From the NCBI GenBank assembly GCA_001816385.1, contig MHBW01000031.1:1-58239 (forward strand): a stretch of 58,239 bases of DNA, in the 5' to 3' direction. This document shows, one piece after another, positions 28,101 through 37,690 of this stretch. A model generated the notes under the pieces. It searched no databases and was not told where the DNA came from. It worked only from the letters and a program-made list of their open reading frames with translations. The DNA is from Candidatus Blackburnbacteria bacterium RIFCSPHIGHO2_01_FULL_43_15b. Lineage in GTDB: Bacteria > Patescibacteriota > Microgenomatia > UBA8517 > UBA10165. Position numbers and translations under genes: made by a program. Every line of letters starts with the position of its first letter. Position 1 is the stretch's first letter.

Positions 28101-28177
28101 CAGTATTTTACACAAGAATCTTAAGTAACACAACGACAACTAACTAGATGGAAGAACACTTTCGTCCTTTTTAGGGG

Positions 28178-28206
28178 TTGACACTGATTGTGGATAACTC
28201 TTTAAT
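28178..28206 (+). promoter_or_regulatory. putative dnaA promoter with a perfect DnaA box in the spacer
   Basis: TTGACA at 28178-28183, a 17-nt spacer, then TTTAAT at 28201-28206. TGTGGATAA at 28189-28197 is the reverse complement of the consensus TTATCCACA. Confidence 0.5.
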
Positions 28207-29583
28207 GTGGAAGCAAATATGGACCAAAATTACATCTGGAAAAATGTTTTATCAACTTTAAAAGTCTCACTTTCTCAAGCTAACTTTCAAACTTGGTTTT
28301 CCTCAACTTTTATCGTTTCTTTAAAAAAGATTTCAGACAAGCGGCAAGCGGTTGAAATTGGCTGTTCTTCATCTTTTATTGCTGATGGGATTGAGAAAAG
28401 ATATTTCGATCTTTTACAAGATGCGCTAAACCAAACCACAACCTTAAAAAACGATATTACCTTTGTTGTGCGACAAAAGGTAAAAAAACCGAACCAAAAC
28501 GAGCCTTTATTTGCCAGTTCGCAAATTGAAAATACAGCTTTAATTACTGATGCCCTAAAGAGGGGAAGAGTTAGACCAGGATTTACTTTTGAAAACTTTG
28601 CAGTATCCGGCACAAACCAAATGGCCCACGCCGCTGCTGAGGCAGTAAGCAGAAATCCAGGCCATGCTTATAACCCATTGTTTTTTTATGGAGGGGTTGG
28701 CATTGGAAAAACCCACCTGATGCTGGCTATTGCGCATAGTCTGCTTGAAAAAGACTTAAACACAAGGGTTGCGTACTGCACAGGAGAAGACTTCACTAAT
28801 GAAATAGTTGAAGCTATTCGCAGTAAAACAACTCAGACTTTTAAAGAAAAATATAGAAAACTGAAACTTTTGATGGTTGATGATATCCAATTCATAGCTG
28901 GAAAAGAAAGAGTTCAGGAAGAATTTTTCCACACATTTAATACACTTCAGTCCGCAGGTTCGCAAATAGTATTAACCTCTGACCGTCCACCTCACGAGAT
29001 AGACAAGCTTGAAGCCCGCTTAAGAAGTAGGTTTGAGGCAGGACTAATTGTAGATATTGCACCTCCAGACTTTGAGCTAAGGGCAGCCATTACCTTAATC
29101 AAAGCAAAAGAGAGAGGTGTGGAACTTCCTATGGAGATAGCCCAAGCAATTGCAGCCAACATAGACTCGCCCAGAAGAATCGAGGGTTTTTTAACCAAAC
29201 TTACCAGCCACCTTGCTATAACCCACGAGCCCTTAACGGTTGAACTTGTGAATAAACTTCTCAGTGTGACAAGTGGTGATACCCAAACTTACAAAAAACC
29301 GGTCTCTCCTCAGGCCGTGATTAACGCGGTTTCAATTTATTATTCCCTTGGTAAACGAAGTTTGCTGGGGGAGAGTAGAGCACAAACCGTAGCTTTGCCG
29401 CGGCAAATTTTAATGTATATACTGCGCACAGATTTGAGGCTTCCTCTTCAAGAAGTGGGCCGGTTAGTTGGAGGAAGAGATCACACAACAGTTATGCATG
29501 CTGTGGATAAGATATCTAAAAACATTTCAGAAAAAAGTGGGTTGCATGATGATATTTTGGGGATTAAAAAAAGCATTTCTTAA
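28207..29583 (+). CDS. dnaA: chromosomal replication initiator DnaA
   Basis: 458 aa (GTG 28207; ATG 28219 is more likely if the promoter call is right). Motifs present: NPLFFYGGVGIGKTHL, LLMVDDIQF and a C-terminal DnaA-box-binding domain (GGRDHTTVMHA). Confidence 0.93.
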   Translation: MEANMDQNYIWKNVLSTLKVSLSQANFQTWFSSTFIVSLKKISDKRQAVEIGCSSSFIADGIEKRYFDLLQDALNQTTTLKNDITFVVRQKVKKPNQNEPLFASSQIENTALITDALKRGRVRPGFTFENFAVSGTNQMAHAAAEAVSRNPGHAYNPLFFYGGVGIGKTHLMLAIAHSLLEKDLNTRVAYCTGEDFTNEIVEAIRSKTTQTFKEKYRKLKLLMVDDIQFIAGKERVQEEFFHTFNTLQSAGSQIVLTSDRPPHEIDKLEARLRSRFEAGLIVDIAPPDFELRAAITLIKAKERGVELPMEIAQAIAANIDSPRRIEGFLTKLTSHLAITHEPLTVELVNKLLSVTSGDTQTYKKPVSPQAVINAVSIYYSLGKRSLLGESRAQTVALPRQILMYILRTDLRLPLQEVGRLVGGRDHTTVMHAVDKISKNISEKSGLHDDILGIKKSIS

Positions 29584-29778
29584 TAACTTGTTATCAATTT
29601 ATCAACTCAACATTTAGTGTGGGTAAGAAGAGGATAAATTATCAGCAAAACAACTCTGGCTATTATCAACAAAACTTACGTTCGTTTTGCACATATCAAC
29701 ATTACCTACTACAACGACTAATAAATATTAAAAAGACACTTGTGTTTTATAGTTTATGTCTTTATGCTTTTGCTAAGT
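29584..29778. promoter_or_regulatory. candidate oriC: DnaA-box-like cluster plus an AT-rich stretch in the dnaA-dnaN spacer
   Basis: Same-strand 9-mers: TTATCAATT at 29591, TTATCAACT at 29599, TTATCAGCA at 29639, TTATCAACA at 29663 and ATATCAACA at 29693. One reverse-oriented TGTGGGTAA lies at 29617. An AT-rich stretch at 29718-29770 follows. Confidence 0.55.
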
Positions 29779-30879
29779 ATGAAACTTTCAATACTTCAAG
29801 AAGATTTGGCTGGTAACATTACACTTGCTTCACGATTTGTTTCAACACGCGCACAGCTTCCGGTACTTTCAAATATTTTACTAAAAACCCAAAATGGAAA
29901 ATTATCTTTATCAGCAACCAACCTGGAAACTGGAATCAACGTTTCAACAGGTGCAAAAATAGAAAAAGAAGGGACAATCACAGTTCCCGCAAAAATTTTG
30001 GTTGATCTTGTCAACCATTTACCAGCAGGTAAGGTTTCTTTGGAAGTTGACAAAGATCAGCTTAAAATTTCATGCAACAGCATATCGGCTAATATTTCCG
30101 GTATTCCGGCAACAGAGTTTCCAAATGTTCCTGACTTAGTAAAAGAGGCAACCTTCTCTTTAAAGAGAGAAACATTAGATACTTTAACGGATAATGTTGC
30201 GTTTTCAGCAGCAACGGAGGACACGAGACCGATTTTAACAGGGATTAATCTAATAGTTGGGGAGAAGGTAATAGCAGTAGCCACAGACGGCTTTAGGATG
30301 TCCTACAAAGAGCTTGACGGGGTTAATTTTGACAAGAATGGTTCCAAATTTCTTCTGCCGGCCAGAGTTGTTGAAGAGTTAAATCGGGCATTGGGAGCAA
30401 AAACTGAAGATGTAAAAGTAGCAGTTTTGCAAAAAGAAGGTCAGATAATTTTTCAATCGGAAAATATTATTTTAACCAGCCGTTTGATTGATGGTGAGTT
30501 TCCGGATTACAATCGGGTCATGCCCAAAGCTTGGACAACCAAAGCCTCCTTAGGGAAAGACGAGCTTTTACAAGCTGTTAAGGCAACCTCAGTCTTTGCC
30601 CGGGAATCAGCCAGCATTGTAAGAATTAAGTTTGACTCGAATGGCTTGACCCTAACCTCTGAAAGTAGTCAATATGGGAAAGAAGAGATTCAAGTTGAAG
30701 CAAAAACTGAAGGAGACGAGGTTCAGATTGCCTTTAATTATAAATACTTATTAGATTTCCTAAATTCAATAGATGGAGATTCAATAGTGATAGAAACTCA
30801 AGGACCAACTACCCCTGGTGTTTTCCAGGATTCTAAAGACCCAACATATAAACATATAATCATGCCTGTAAGAGTTTAA
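29779..30879 (+). CDS. dnaN: DNA polymerase III beta sliding clamp
   Basis: The start is set at MKLSILQEDL (ATG 29779). It shows the typical three-domain clamp pattern (PVLSNILLKT..., TDGFRMS..., LIDGEFPDYNRVMP). Confidence 0.92.
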   Translation: MKLSILQEDLAGNITLASRFVSTRAQLPVLSNILLKTQNGKLSLSATNLETGINVSTGAKIEKEGTITVPAKILVDLVNHLPAGKVSLEVDKDQLKISCNSISANISGIPATEFPNVPDLVKEATFSLKRETLDTLTDNVAFSAATEDTRPILTGINLIVGEKVIAVATDGFRMSYKELDGVNFDKNGSKFLLPARVVEELNRALGAKTEDVKVAVLQKEGQIIFQSENIILTSRLIDGEFPDYNRVMPKAWTTKASLGKDELLQAVKATSVFARESASIVRIKFDSNGLTLTSESSQYGKEEIQVEAKTEGDEVQIAFNYKYLLDFLNSIDGDSIVIETQGPTTPGVFQDSKDPTYKHIIMPVRV

Positions 30880-31862
30880 CTACTTCCTTGTATATACTTT
30901 GAGTTTACCGCTGGGGTGTAGATATAGACCGGTTGGTCTCCTTCGTTGGTTTTGGCCGTACCCGTGAGAATATAAATTGGATATAAAGTGTTTGGTTGTG
31001 GTGGGTAGAAAAGTAAAGCGCTGTCGATTCTTATAATATTGACAGAGGTTGGAACGTAAAGCGCTGGTTCTGTAGTGGGTTGACCAATGGTGACAATTTT
31101 GCCTTCTTTTAATAAAGACTCTTTAACTTCTTCCAAAGTTTTGGCAGGATAATTTGTTGGATTTTGAGGATTGGCAAAGCCTGCTTTATAAAGAAAGGAA
31201 TAAACCTTACCATCTTTGCCCAAATAGGAAGTTACGAGAGATGTTGTGGGGTTGTTATCAACGACGCGTGTTTTGGTAATGGTCGGATCGAGTTTTAATT
31301 CGAGAATATTATTCTCAAACATTTTTCGTGAACCATTAATAACCAAAGTTGCCCCTGTGGGGGTAAGGTCGTTCGTCGAGATGAGATTTTGAATAAAATT
31401 TGAGGCCACCTGTTCGCTGGGCAATTCTCCCTGGGAAGATATTGGAGAGCTACTTGTGTCATGGACAAAGTTGATATCAAGTGGGGAGAGTCGAACGAAC
31501 AAACTTTGTGGGCCGGAGAGCCATAGATAGTAGTCCCCAAAAACACTGTCGGTTGAGATATTTGAGGGATTTTCGGGGAAGCCAAAATTTTTAGCCAAAG
31601 CTTTAGCTTCCACGGAATTTAAACTCTTGGGAGATATTTGATAAAGAGAAACCTGGGTTGGCAGATCTGTCCCTGTGAGATTGAAAGTAATCGCGGGAGG
31701 AACTTTCTGGCCCGTCAGGTTTGGATAAGCAATCGAGGGTAGGTTGGGGAGAGATTGTTTGGCGGTTTTGTTGCTTTTCCCCTGAACCCAGACTATGGCC
31801 AGAAGGGTAGCAATTACAGCCAGCATTATTAAAAGCCAGTGGTTTTTGAAAAAATTTAACAT
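30876..31862 (-). CDS. membrane-anchored extracytoplasmic protein, function unknown (first gene of the T4SS-like locus)
   Basis: The start is set at MLNFFKNHWLLIMLAVIATLLAIVW (ATG 31862), giving a single N-terminal TM helix. Its stop overlaps the dnaN stop within TTAA (convergent genes). Confidence 0.6.
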   Translation of the reverse strand: MLNFFKNHWLLIMLAVIATLLAIVWVQGKSNKTAKQSLPNLPSIAYPNLTGQKVPPAITFNLTGTDLPTQVSLYQISPKSLNSVEAKALAKNFGFPENPSNISTDSVFGDYYLWLSGPQSLFVRLSPLDINFVHDTSSSPISSQGELPSEQVASNFIQNLISTNDLTPTGATLVINGSRKMFENNILELKLDPTITKTRVVDNNPTTSLVTSYLGKDGKVYSFLYKAGFANPQNPTNYPAKTLEEVKESLLKEGKIVTIGQPTTEPALYVPTSVNIIRIDSALLFYPPQPNTLYPIYILTGTAKTNEGDQPVYIYTPAVNSKYIQGSS

Positions 31863-31887
31863 AGTTTTTGGGATGACACCTTCTTTG

Positions 31888-33780
31888 TTACCATGTAGTT
31901 CCGCGTTTTCCGGGTAAAGGAATATAAGGCGGTGCCATTGGAATTGTAACAGAACCACTAATCTTTAAGAATTCGTAATGCAAATGGTTTGGGTCGCTGC
32001 CAAAGACATTGCCTGTCGCTCCAACATTTCCAATTTGTGTGCCTGAAGAGACATTTTGGTTGTTTTGTACGCTTCTGGATATCATGTGGGCATAAATTAT
32101 TTCTACGGTTTTACCATTGCAGGAAGTTGTGATTCGCACACATTCTCCGTAAAGTGGGCTGTAGCAGTTAAAGGAAGCAATACCTCTGCTGGTTGCATAA
32201 ATAGGCGCACCCTGGATTCTTCCTTTGGGGCTATTGCCAATATCGACAGCTTCCGCGGTGCTGTGGGTTGACACTACCGTGTCGTTTGGTTCTGAGGTAA
32301 TGGTTCCATAAGTTGTTGCCCAGCCACTGGGACAATCGTCGGGCGGATTACCAACCCTGATTGAGGCGTTGTTGGCAGTGGTTTGAACTTCGGGTTGTTC
32401 GACAACTCGAGCGCTGACGCTAACAGCCAAAACAACATTTACATCTTCTAAATTTTCCAGCTTTAAATTGATTTGGTGAGTTTCTTCTGACCAATTCTCA
32501 CTTGCTAAAGTTTTTGTGCCATCTTTACCTGAAGCGGTGACGGTTGCAGAGATTGTAGGATCACCTTCGAAAGGTTTTTGCTTTGGCTTGACGGTAACAG
32601 TAAAAGTTACATCTTGAGGCAACTCTTCATTTTTAAGCGCGTTTTTAGAAGAGGAAATTTCGATGGATACATACTGGTTGCCTTTAGAAAGTACATCTCC
32701 AACACCTCCTGTACTGCTTAGTGCCGCGCGTTGGGTAAAAGTGGGACCTGTATTGTTAAACACCAGAGGAATGACAATAACTGCAATAAGTATTAAAGCC
32801 AAAACTCCACCCCCGATGGCGGCTGCTTCTCCACCCCCCCCAACAATTAGTAAAAGCCGTCTTGCCCCCATAGCCAGTCTGGTCAATCCTGAGCCAAGTC
32901 CGTGAGCCGCAGAAGAAATCAAACCGCGTCCCAAAATTGCCGATTGAGATGCAGCGTTTTGGGCTGCACTGCCCGCAAACTGTTTCAAAACAGGGGTAAG
33001 TTTGGGAGAAATAAACTGATTAAAGGGTTCTTGGGCGATGCGAACAATATTTGAGGAGGGGCTGATATTTAAATTAAAAACATGTTCCGGATAACCTACC
33101 CGGGGTTGTTCGTAATCATAGCTTTTTGGAGGTACAATGCGGACATTCTTTACTTGACCGGTTAGTGTTTCGACCTCTTCGATGATTCCTTTTCTAGAGC
33201 CATGTAATACTCTAACTGCCTCGGAATTAGCAAACTCGGGGTTTTGGGCAAGAAGTTGGTTTATGGCGTCTTCCAGTCTTTGATCGGAAGTACGCGACCT
33301 TGGGAAAAAGGGAATGGCATCTTTTAATCCATCGGCAAGTCGATCCTGCCAGCTTTTGGGACGGGTAACTAGCGCCAAAAGGTATTGTTCTTGGCTTATT
33401 GGTGACTTACGAGGTTGTTGGGTGGGTGTTGTCGCAGGTCTTATTGGGTGGGATATAGGTATAAATGAAACTTCAGTTTGGGTTTTTGGATTTTTCCCAC
33501 CAGCTGGTGTTTGTTTTAGAAGCGCTTGCCATTGTTCAAGTTGGGTAGTGGGGACAGGCTCTTTAAATTCTGTTTCGGTTTGCTGGTAAACCAACTTGTC
33601 TGAGTCGGGCGATGGCCAATGGGGGTGTTGTTGGGTTTTTAGGATTGGTGGAATTACCGTAGGTGGAGGCACACCATGTGGGAGATTTTGAGAACGAAAC
33701 AAAGTTCGGTTTACGCGATGTTGCAGTTCAGAAATGATATTGGAGAAGACGCCAAAAAAGCCACCAGGTTTTGTAGCCAT
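31888..33780 (-). CDS. membrane protein with a C-terminal M23 (LytM-type) peptidoglycan endopeptidase domain
   Basis: 630 aa with a Pro-rich N-terminal half and a central Gly-rich TM segment (LLLIVGGGGEAAAIGGGVLALILIAVIVIPLVF). M23 motifs are HSTAEAVDIG...IYAHM...GNVGATGNVFGSDPNHLHYEF. Confidence 0.75.
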   Translation of the reverse strand: MATKPGGFFGVFSNIISELQHRVNRTLFRSQNLPHGVPPPTVIPPILKTQQHPHWPSPDSDKLVYQQTETEFKEPVPTTQLEQWQALLKQTPAGGKNPKTQTEVSFIPISHPIRPATTPTQQPRKSPISQEQYLLALVTRPKSWQDRLADGLKDAIPFFPRSRTSDQRLEDAINQLLAQNPEFANSEAVRVLHGSRKGIIEEVETLTGQVKNVRIVPPKSYDYEQPRVGYPEHVFNLNISPSSNIVRIAQEPFNQFISPKLTPVLKQFAGSAAQNAASQSAILGRGLISSAAHGLGSGLTRLAMGARRLLLIVGGGGEAAAIGGGVLALILIAVIVIPLVFNNTGPTFTQRAALSSTGGVGDVLSKGNQYVSIEISSSKNALKNEELPQDVTFTVTVKPKQKPFEGDPTISATVTASGKDGTKTLASENWSEETHQINLKLENLEDVNVVLAVSVSARVVEQPEVQTTANNASIRVGNPPDDCPSGWATTYGTITSEPNDTVVSTHSTAEAVDIGNSPKGRIQGAPIYATSRGIASFNCYSPLYGECVRITTSCNGKTVEIIYAHMISRSVQNNQNVSSGTQIGNVGATGNVFGSDPNHLHYEFLKISGSVTIPMAPPYIPLPGKRGTTW

Positions 33781-33798
33781 ATTTGTATTGTACCGTAT

Positions 33799-35562
33799 TT
33801 ACTGAGCTTCTTCGACGCGAAGAATAGGACCCGGGTTGGAGTTGGACACTGGAGTTTGTTGTATCTCGGCCGGATTGGTTGTCACTAGTTTGTGTTCTTC
33901 GTCTGAGGCCACGACACGGATAGCGACATGGTTTGGTCCGGCAAAGAAAATTCCTTCGCCCACGTCTGCGGATAATAACAGTTGTTTTTCCCCTTGGGAA
34001 AGTTTGAAAACCTCACCAACTTTATCTATGGCCGTGGGGGACTGTTTCATTAATAGTTTTAAGGCTGAATTGGTAACTATTGCCTTACCAATATCTAAGG
34101 ACAGAAAGTCTTCAACGTCTTGGGTTATGGTGGTTAAACCTAAGTAATATTTGCGCGAGCGCTTGGCAATAGAGAAGAGGAATTGCGCGGTATCGGGGTA
34201 GCGCATCATATGCCACGCCTCATCAACGATTAAAATGCGCTTTTTCAAGTTTTCTTTAATGCGAGTCCAGATAAAATCCAAAACCACAAACATCGCAATG
34301 GGGCGCAAGGATTCTTCCAAATCACGCACAGAAAAAACTGTAAATGGATTTCTAAGACTTATGTTTGTGTGCTGGTCAAAAATTCCAGCAAAAGACCCCT
34401 TAACAAATTTTTCGACCCGATCGGCCAAAGAGCGTGAAACCGCATCCTCCATCCCAATAAGTGTTTTATAAAGATCTTCCATTAAAGGGGGAGTCTTGGT
34501 TTGGGTTGCCGGATCAGGAGTTATTCCTTTGGCTTTATATGTGGCAATCAGAGCCCTGTCCAAAACTGCCTGTTCGGATGGGTTTAATGTCCCCATGATT
34601 ACCCCAAACAGAGAATGCAGGGAAAGGATTTTTAAACCCAGTTGATTTTCCTCAGGATCAATGATATTTGATAGGTCAAAAGGATTTATTTTTGCCTGTG
34701 AGTTGAAGGAAAAAGAGATAAACTCGCCGCCGACCGCCTCGGCAAGTTTTTTATATTCCTGTTCGGGGTCAATAATAAATACTTCCGTCCCAAGCATTAA
34801 AGACCGCAGTGCTTCTAACTTCACGCTGTAGCTTTTGCCGGATCCAGAAGTTGCGAAAACGGTTGAATTGTAGTTCTCAAGAGAAAAGCGGTCAAAGATA
34901 ACCAAGGAATCATTATCTTCGTTGATGCCGTACAAAACTCCGCTGTCTGAGGAAAGCTCGGCGGAAGAAAAAGGAAAAGTTGTTGATAGGGAAGTAGTAT
35001 CCATGTTGCGAGTTATGGATAATCTGTCTTCCCCCAATGGCAGGCTTGTTAAAAATCCATCCTCCATGCGCAAGGTAGTTTTTTTAGCCACAACCAACAA
35101 AGACCCCAAGGTGGACTCAACCTGGGCGGTAATATTGTTTAACTCTTCTAAGTTTGAAGCGGGGATGGTGATGTAAAAAGAGAACTGGAAAAAGCGCTCC
35201 GCACCTTTTACCAATTGGTCTTGTAAATCGTGGGCGTCTTCAAGTTTTGCTTGAGTTGCCGGGTTTAACACCTTGCCGCGTTGTAAATCTGTGGACAGTT
35301 CTGCCTCCATCTCGGTTATCTTTCTTCGCAAATCATCAAGCACGGTTTTGCCGGCAACGGGATAGGTAAAGAAGGAGATATCAAGAGAGTGATCAAAGTT
35401 GATAATGGGATCAAGCCAGCCGGGATAAACGAATCTTGGGTAACCTGACACAAAAAGAGTTCTAAAATAGCGGTCATCAATTTTTATATGGTTAAAATCA
35501 ACCTCAATTTTTTGTGGGGCAATAATATCTTGAATGGATTTGGAGGACACAGGTTTGATCAT
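33799..35562 (-). CDS. virB4: VirB4/TraC-like type IV secretion ATPase (C-terminal ATPase body)
   Basis: 587 aa. Walker A is FATSGSGKSYSVK and Walker B is ILIVDEAWHMM. The downstream TTITQDVEDF is typical of the VirB4/DUF87 ATPase family. Confidence 0.8.
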   Translation of the reverse strand: MIKPVSSKSIQDIIAPQKIEVDFNHIKIDDRYFRTLFVSGYPRFVYPGWLDPIINFDHSLDISFFTYPVAGKTVLDDLRRKITEMEAELSTDLQRGKVLNPATQAKLEDAHDLQDQLVKGAERFFQFSFYITIPASNLEELNNITAQVESTLGSLLVVAKKTTLRMEDGFLTSLPLGEDRLSITRNMDTTSLSTTFPFSSAELSSDSGVLYGINEDNDSLVIFDRFSLENYNSTVFATSGSGKSYSVKLEALRSLMLGTEVFIIDPEQEYKKLAEAVGGEFISFSFNSQAKINPFDLSNIIDPEENQLGLKILSLHSLFGVIMGTLNPSEQAVLDRALIATYKAKGITPDPATQTKTPPLMEDLYKTLIGMEDAVSRSLADRVEKFVKGSFAGIFDQHTNISLRNPFTVFSVRDLEESLRPIAMFVVLDFIWTRIKENLKKRILIVDEAWHMMRYPDTAQFLFSIAKRSRKYYLGLTTITQDVEDFLSLDIGKAIVTNSALKLLMKQSPTAIDKVGEVFKLSQGEKQLLLSADVGEGIFFAGPNHVAIRVVASDEEHKLVTTNPAEIQQTPVSNSNPGPILRVEEAQ

Positions 35563-36197
35563 GTTTGCTTATATATTTTGAAAAACAATGTGGCTAACTC
35601 TTCGGTCACCAACTGATCCATCTTAATTCCCAAGCGACCTACTTGGCGAATTAAGTGATCGCGTTTTGGATAAAGGACCGTTTTGGTTTTTTTGATGATG
35701 TAACTTTTTGAATAAGGCAGATTTTTGGCCCTCTTAGTCTTAACCGAGGGAGTAAACAAATCGATAAAGTTGCTTGTAGTGATACCAAGTTCAAGGGGCG
35801 AGAAAGGTATAACTATGTAAAACTCTTTTTCCAAAACATTGCGCTTTTTGACCATTTGTGAGACAAAATTTTTATAAACGACCATAAGATTTTTTAATTG
35901 CGGATTGGTTTGGAGTTTTTCCTGAGTATCCAAAAATGCAAGGTAGCGCGTAATATCCTTCTTTTGAGAACGGACAAGGATTTGGATAGGAAAAGACAAA
36001 GAGTTAAGAAGCGCGGCGTAAGAAATTGTTACCGCCTCCTGTTCTTTTTCGGATAAAAGTGAGAAGTTAAGCGCTGTGGAGCGCAAAACCACAGCAGCAC
36101 CGCCATCTTTGGTTAATACCACGTCATCAACAATGTCTGCAACGATAATATGATGTTGGGAAGAAGCTTTAATTGGTTGAATGTTACTCATAATCAC
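35559..36197 (-). CDS. VirB4 N-terminal-domain-like protein (putative split VirB4)
   Basis: 212 aa whose stop overlaps the virB4 ATG by 4 nt. IIVADIVDDVVLTKDGGAAVVLRSTALNFSLLSEKEQEAVTISYAALLNSLSFPIQILV resembles the N-terminal CagE/TrbE/VirB4 region. Confidence 0.45.
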   Translation of the reverse strand: MIMSNIQPIKASSQHHIIVADIVDDVVLTKDGGAAVVLRSTALNFSLLSEKEQEAVTISYAALLNSLSFPIQILVRSQKKDITRYLAFLDTQEKLQTNPQLKNLMVVYKNFVSQMVKKRNVLEKEFYIVIPFSPLELGITTSNFIDLFTPSVKTKRAKNLPYSKSYIIKKTKTVLYPKRDHLIRQVGRLGIKMDQLVTEELATLFFKIYKQT

Positions 36198-36201
36198 TAT
36201 C

Positions 36202-37185
36202 TCACTTCGCCTTTATAAGAATCGGTGGAATAATACTACTACTGGCTGTTATTTTGATTGGGTCGAAAGCCAAGTCATCTTTCTCGGTTAAAATCTCATA
36301 CTCGCCGTCTTTAATAGGGGTAACGGTCATAAAATGACCAATTTTGTTGGTGCGCAGAGCTCTTACCGGAGTCCCCCCAACTTCTCTTATCTCAAGAATG
36401 GCTGACTCGACAATCTTGCCGTTGTTGGTTACCACCTGGCCGACAATAATATTAGGTTGCACGGGAGGATTGGGTGGTGCGGCCTGAAGCGCAAACTGCG
36501 CCTGAGAAACTTGTCGGTTTGAGGGTAAGGCAGTACCAAAAACCGGAGCCAAGGGGACAGTGTTGTATTCAACTTTAGTTTGAGGTTGAGGAAAATCCTT
36601 TTGCTGATGCTCAACCTTGATTGGCTGTGGGGGAGGAGCAAGTGGCGCGTTAGGGTCAATAGAAGCGGGAGGTTGTGGCGCAGATTGTTGAAACATCCCA
36701 AAAACTTTTTTAAAGAACCCTTTTTCCAATTCTTCGAGCCGGGTTACAACCTCTGCTTGGGGAACTGAGTGTAAATACTCTTCGGCTTTTTCCTGGCCTT
36801 GGGGAGCAATAACGGTTGGCGCGCTTACGCTATCAACAGCAAAGACATCTTCGGATGCCCCATTTTCCCAGGCATAAAGTGTTGGGGAATAAATTGCTTT
36901 AATAAAAGAGAAAAACCAAAAAGATAAAGGCCTTTCTTCAATGGGTAAAAAAGCCAGGGCCGCTCCTGAAATTGCAGCCAAAGCCACAATCGGCCATTTA
37001 ATTAAAGCTGGGAGGGGAGTAACGAAAATTAGAAAAGCAATTCCAACACCACCGGCCAGTTGTAAAAACTGTTTTAAGGTCATATCTCCTACCAGGCGGA
37101 ACTCGTAGGAGGAAATTTCTTGTGGTACCGGATGTTGTTCTAAAGGCATTTGCGACGTAGTCGCAAAACATAAAACATAATTCAT
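36202..37185 (-). CDS. PrgI/VirB3-like membrane protein with a C-terminal CarboxypepD_reg-like beta-sandwich
   Basis: 327-aa ORF (alternative ATG 37149). The N-terminus, SSYEFRLVGDMTLKQFLQLAGGVGIAFLIF... followed by a second TM helix, is typical of PrgI-family proteins. The middle is Pro-rich. The C-terminus reads IVGQVVTNNGKIVESAILEIRE...IKDGEYEI. Confidence 0.55.
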   Translation of the reverse strand: MNYVLCFATTSQMPLEQHPVPQEISSYEFRLVGDMTLKQFLQLAGGVGIAFLIFVTPLPALIKWPIVALAAISGAALAFLPIEERPLSFWFFSFIKAIYSPTLYAWENGASEDVFAVDSVSAPTVIAPQGQEKAEEYLHSVPQAEVVTRLEELEKGFFKKVFGMFQQSAPQPPASIDPNAPLAPPPQPIKVEHQQKDFPQPQTKVEYNTVPLAPVFGTALPSNRQVSQAQFALQAAPPNPPVQPNIIVGQVVTNNGKIVESAILEIREVGGTPVRALRTNKIGHFMTVTPIKDGEYEILTEKDDLAFDPIKITASSSIIPPILIKAK

Positions 37186-37369
37186 TAAGCATAAATAATT
37201 TGCTTTTTGTTTTTTTGCTTTATGCTTTGTTTCTCTTTACCTCCAATCTTTTCACCATTTGATAGTCTTGAGCGCAGTTTTGTTTTATCTGACTATGCAA
37301 GGTTAACATATGAAACACTCTTTGCAAGCGAGGCTGTTTTCACACTTGCATTTATGGTAGAATTAAGGA

Positions 37370-37690
37370 ATGTCAAAAGCTAAGATTAAAAGCACAAAAC
37401 TTCCTGGATTTTTAAGAGATTATTTTTGGGATGTAAGGTTTGATGAGCTGGATATTAAAAAATCCAGATTTTTCGTTCTCAAGCGAGTTTTAGATAGAGC
37501 TGACACGGGGGCTTTAAGATGGTTATTAAGAAATTACAACACAAAAGAAATTGTAGAAGTTCTTTATACAACTCGCGATATTTCTCAAGTAACTGCAAAT
37601 TTTTGGACTGATTATCTAAAGCTGGATAGAAAAAAAGTGATATGTTTGCAAAAGCCGCACTCCCCGATACAATGGGGGCTATCAAGCTAG
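37370..37690 (+). CDS. small protein of the type found upstream of or fused to AbiEii-like nucleotidyltransferases (putative antitoxin partner)
   Basis: 106 aa. The motif YFWDVRFDELDIKKSRFFVLKRVLDRADTGALRWLLRNY is one I recall from such modules. It overlaps the next ORF. Confidence 0.45.
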   Translation: MSKAKIKSTKLPGFLRDYFWDVRFDELDIKKSRFFVLKRVLDRADTGALRWLLRNYNTKEIVEVLYTTRDISQVTANFWTDYLKLDRKKVICLQKPHSPIQWGLSS

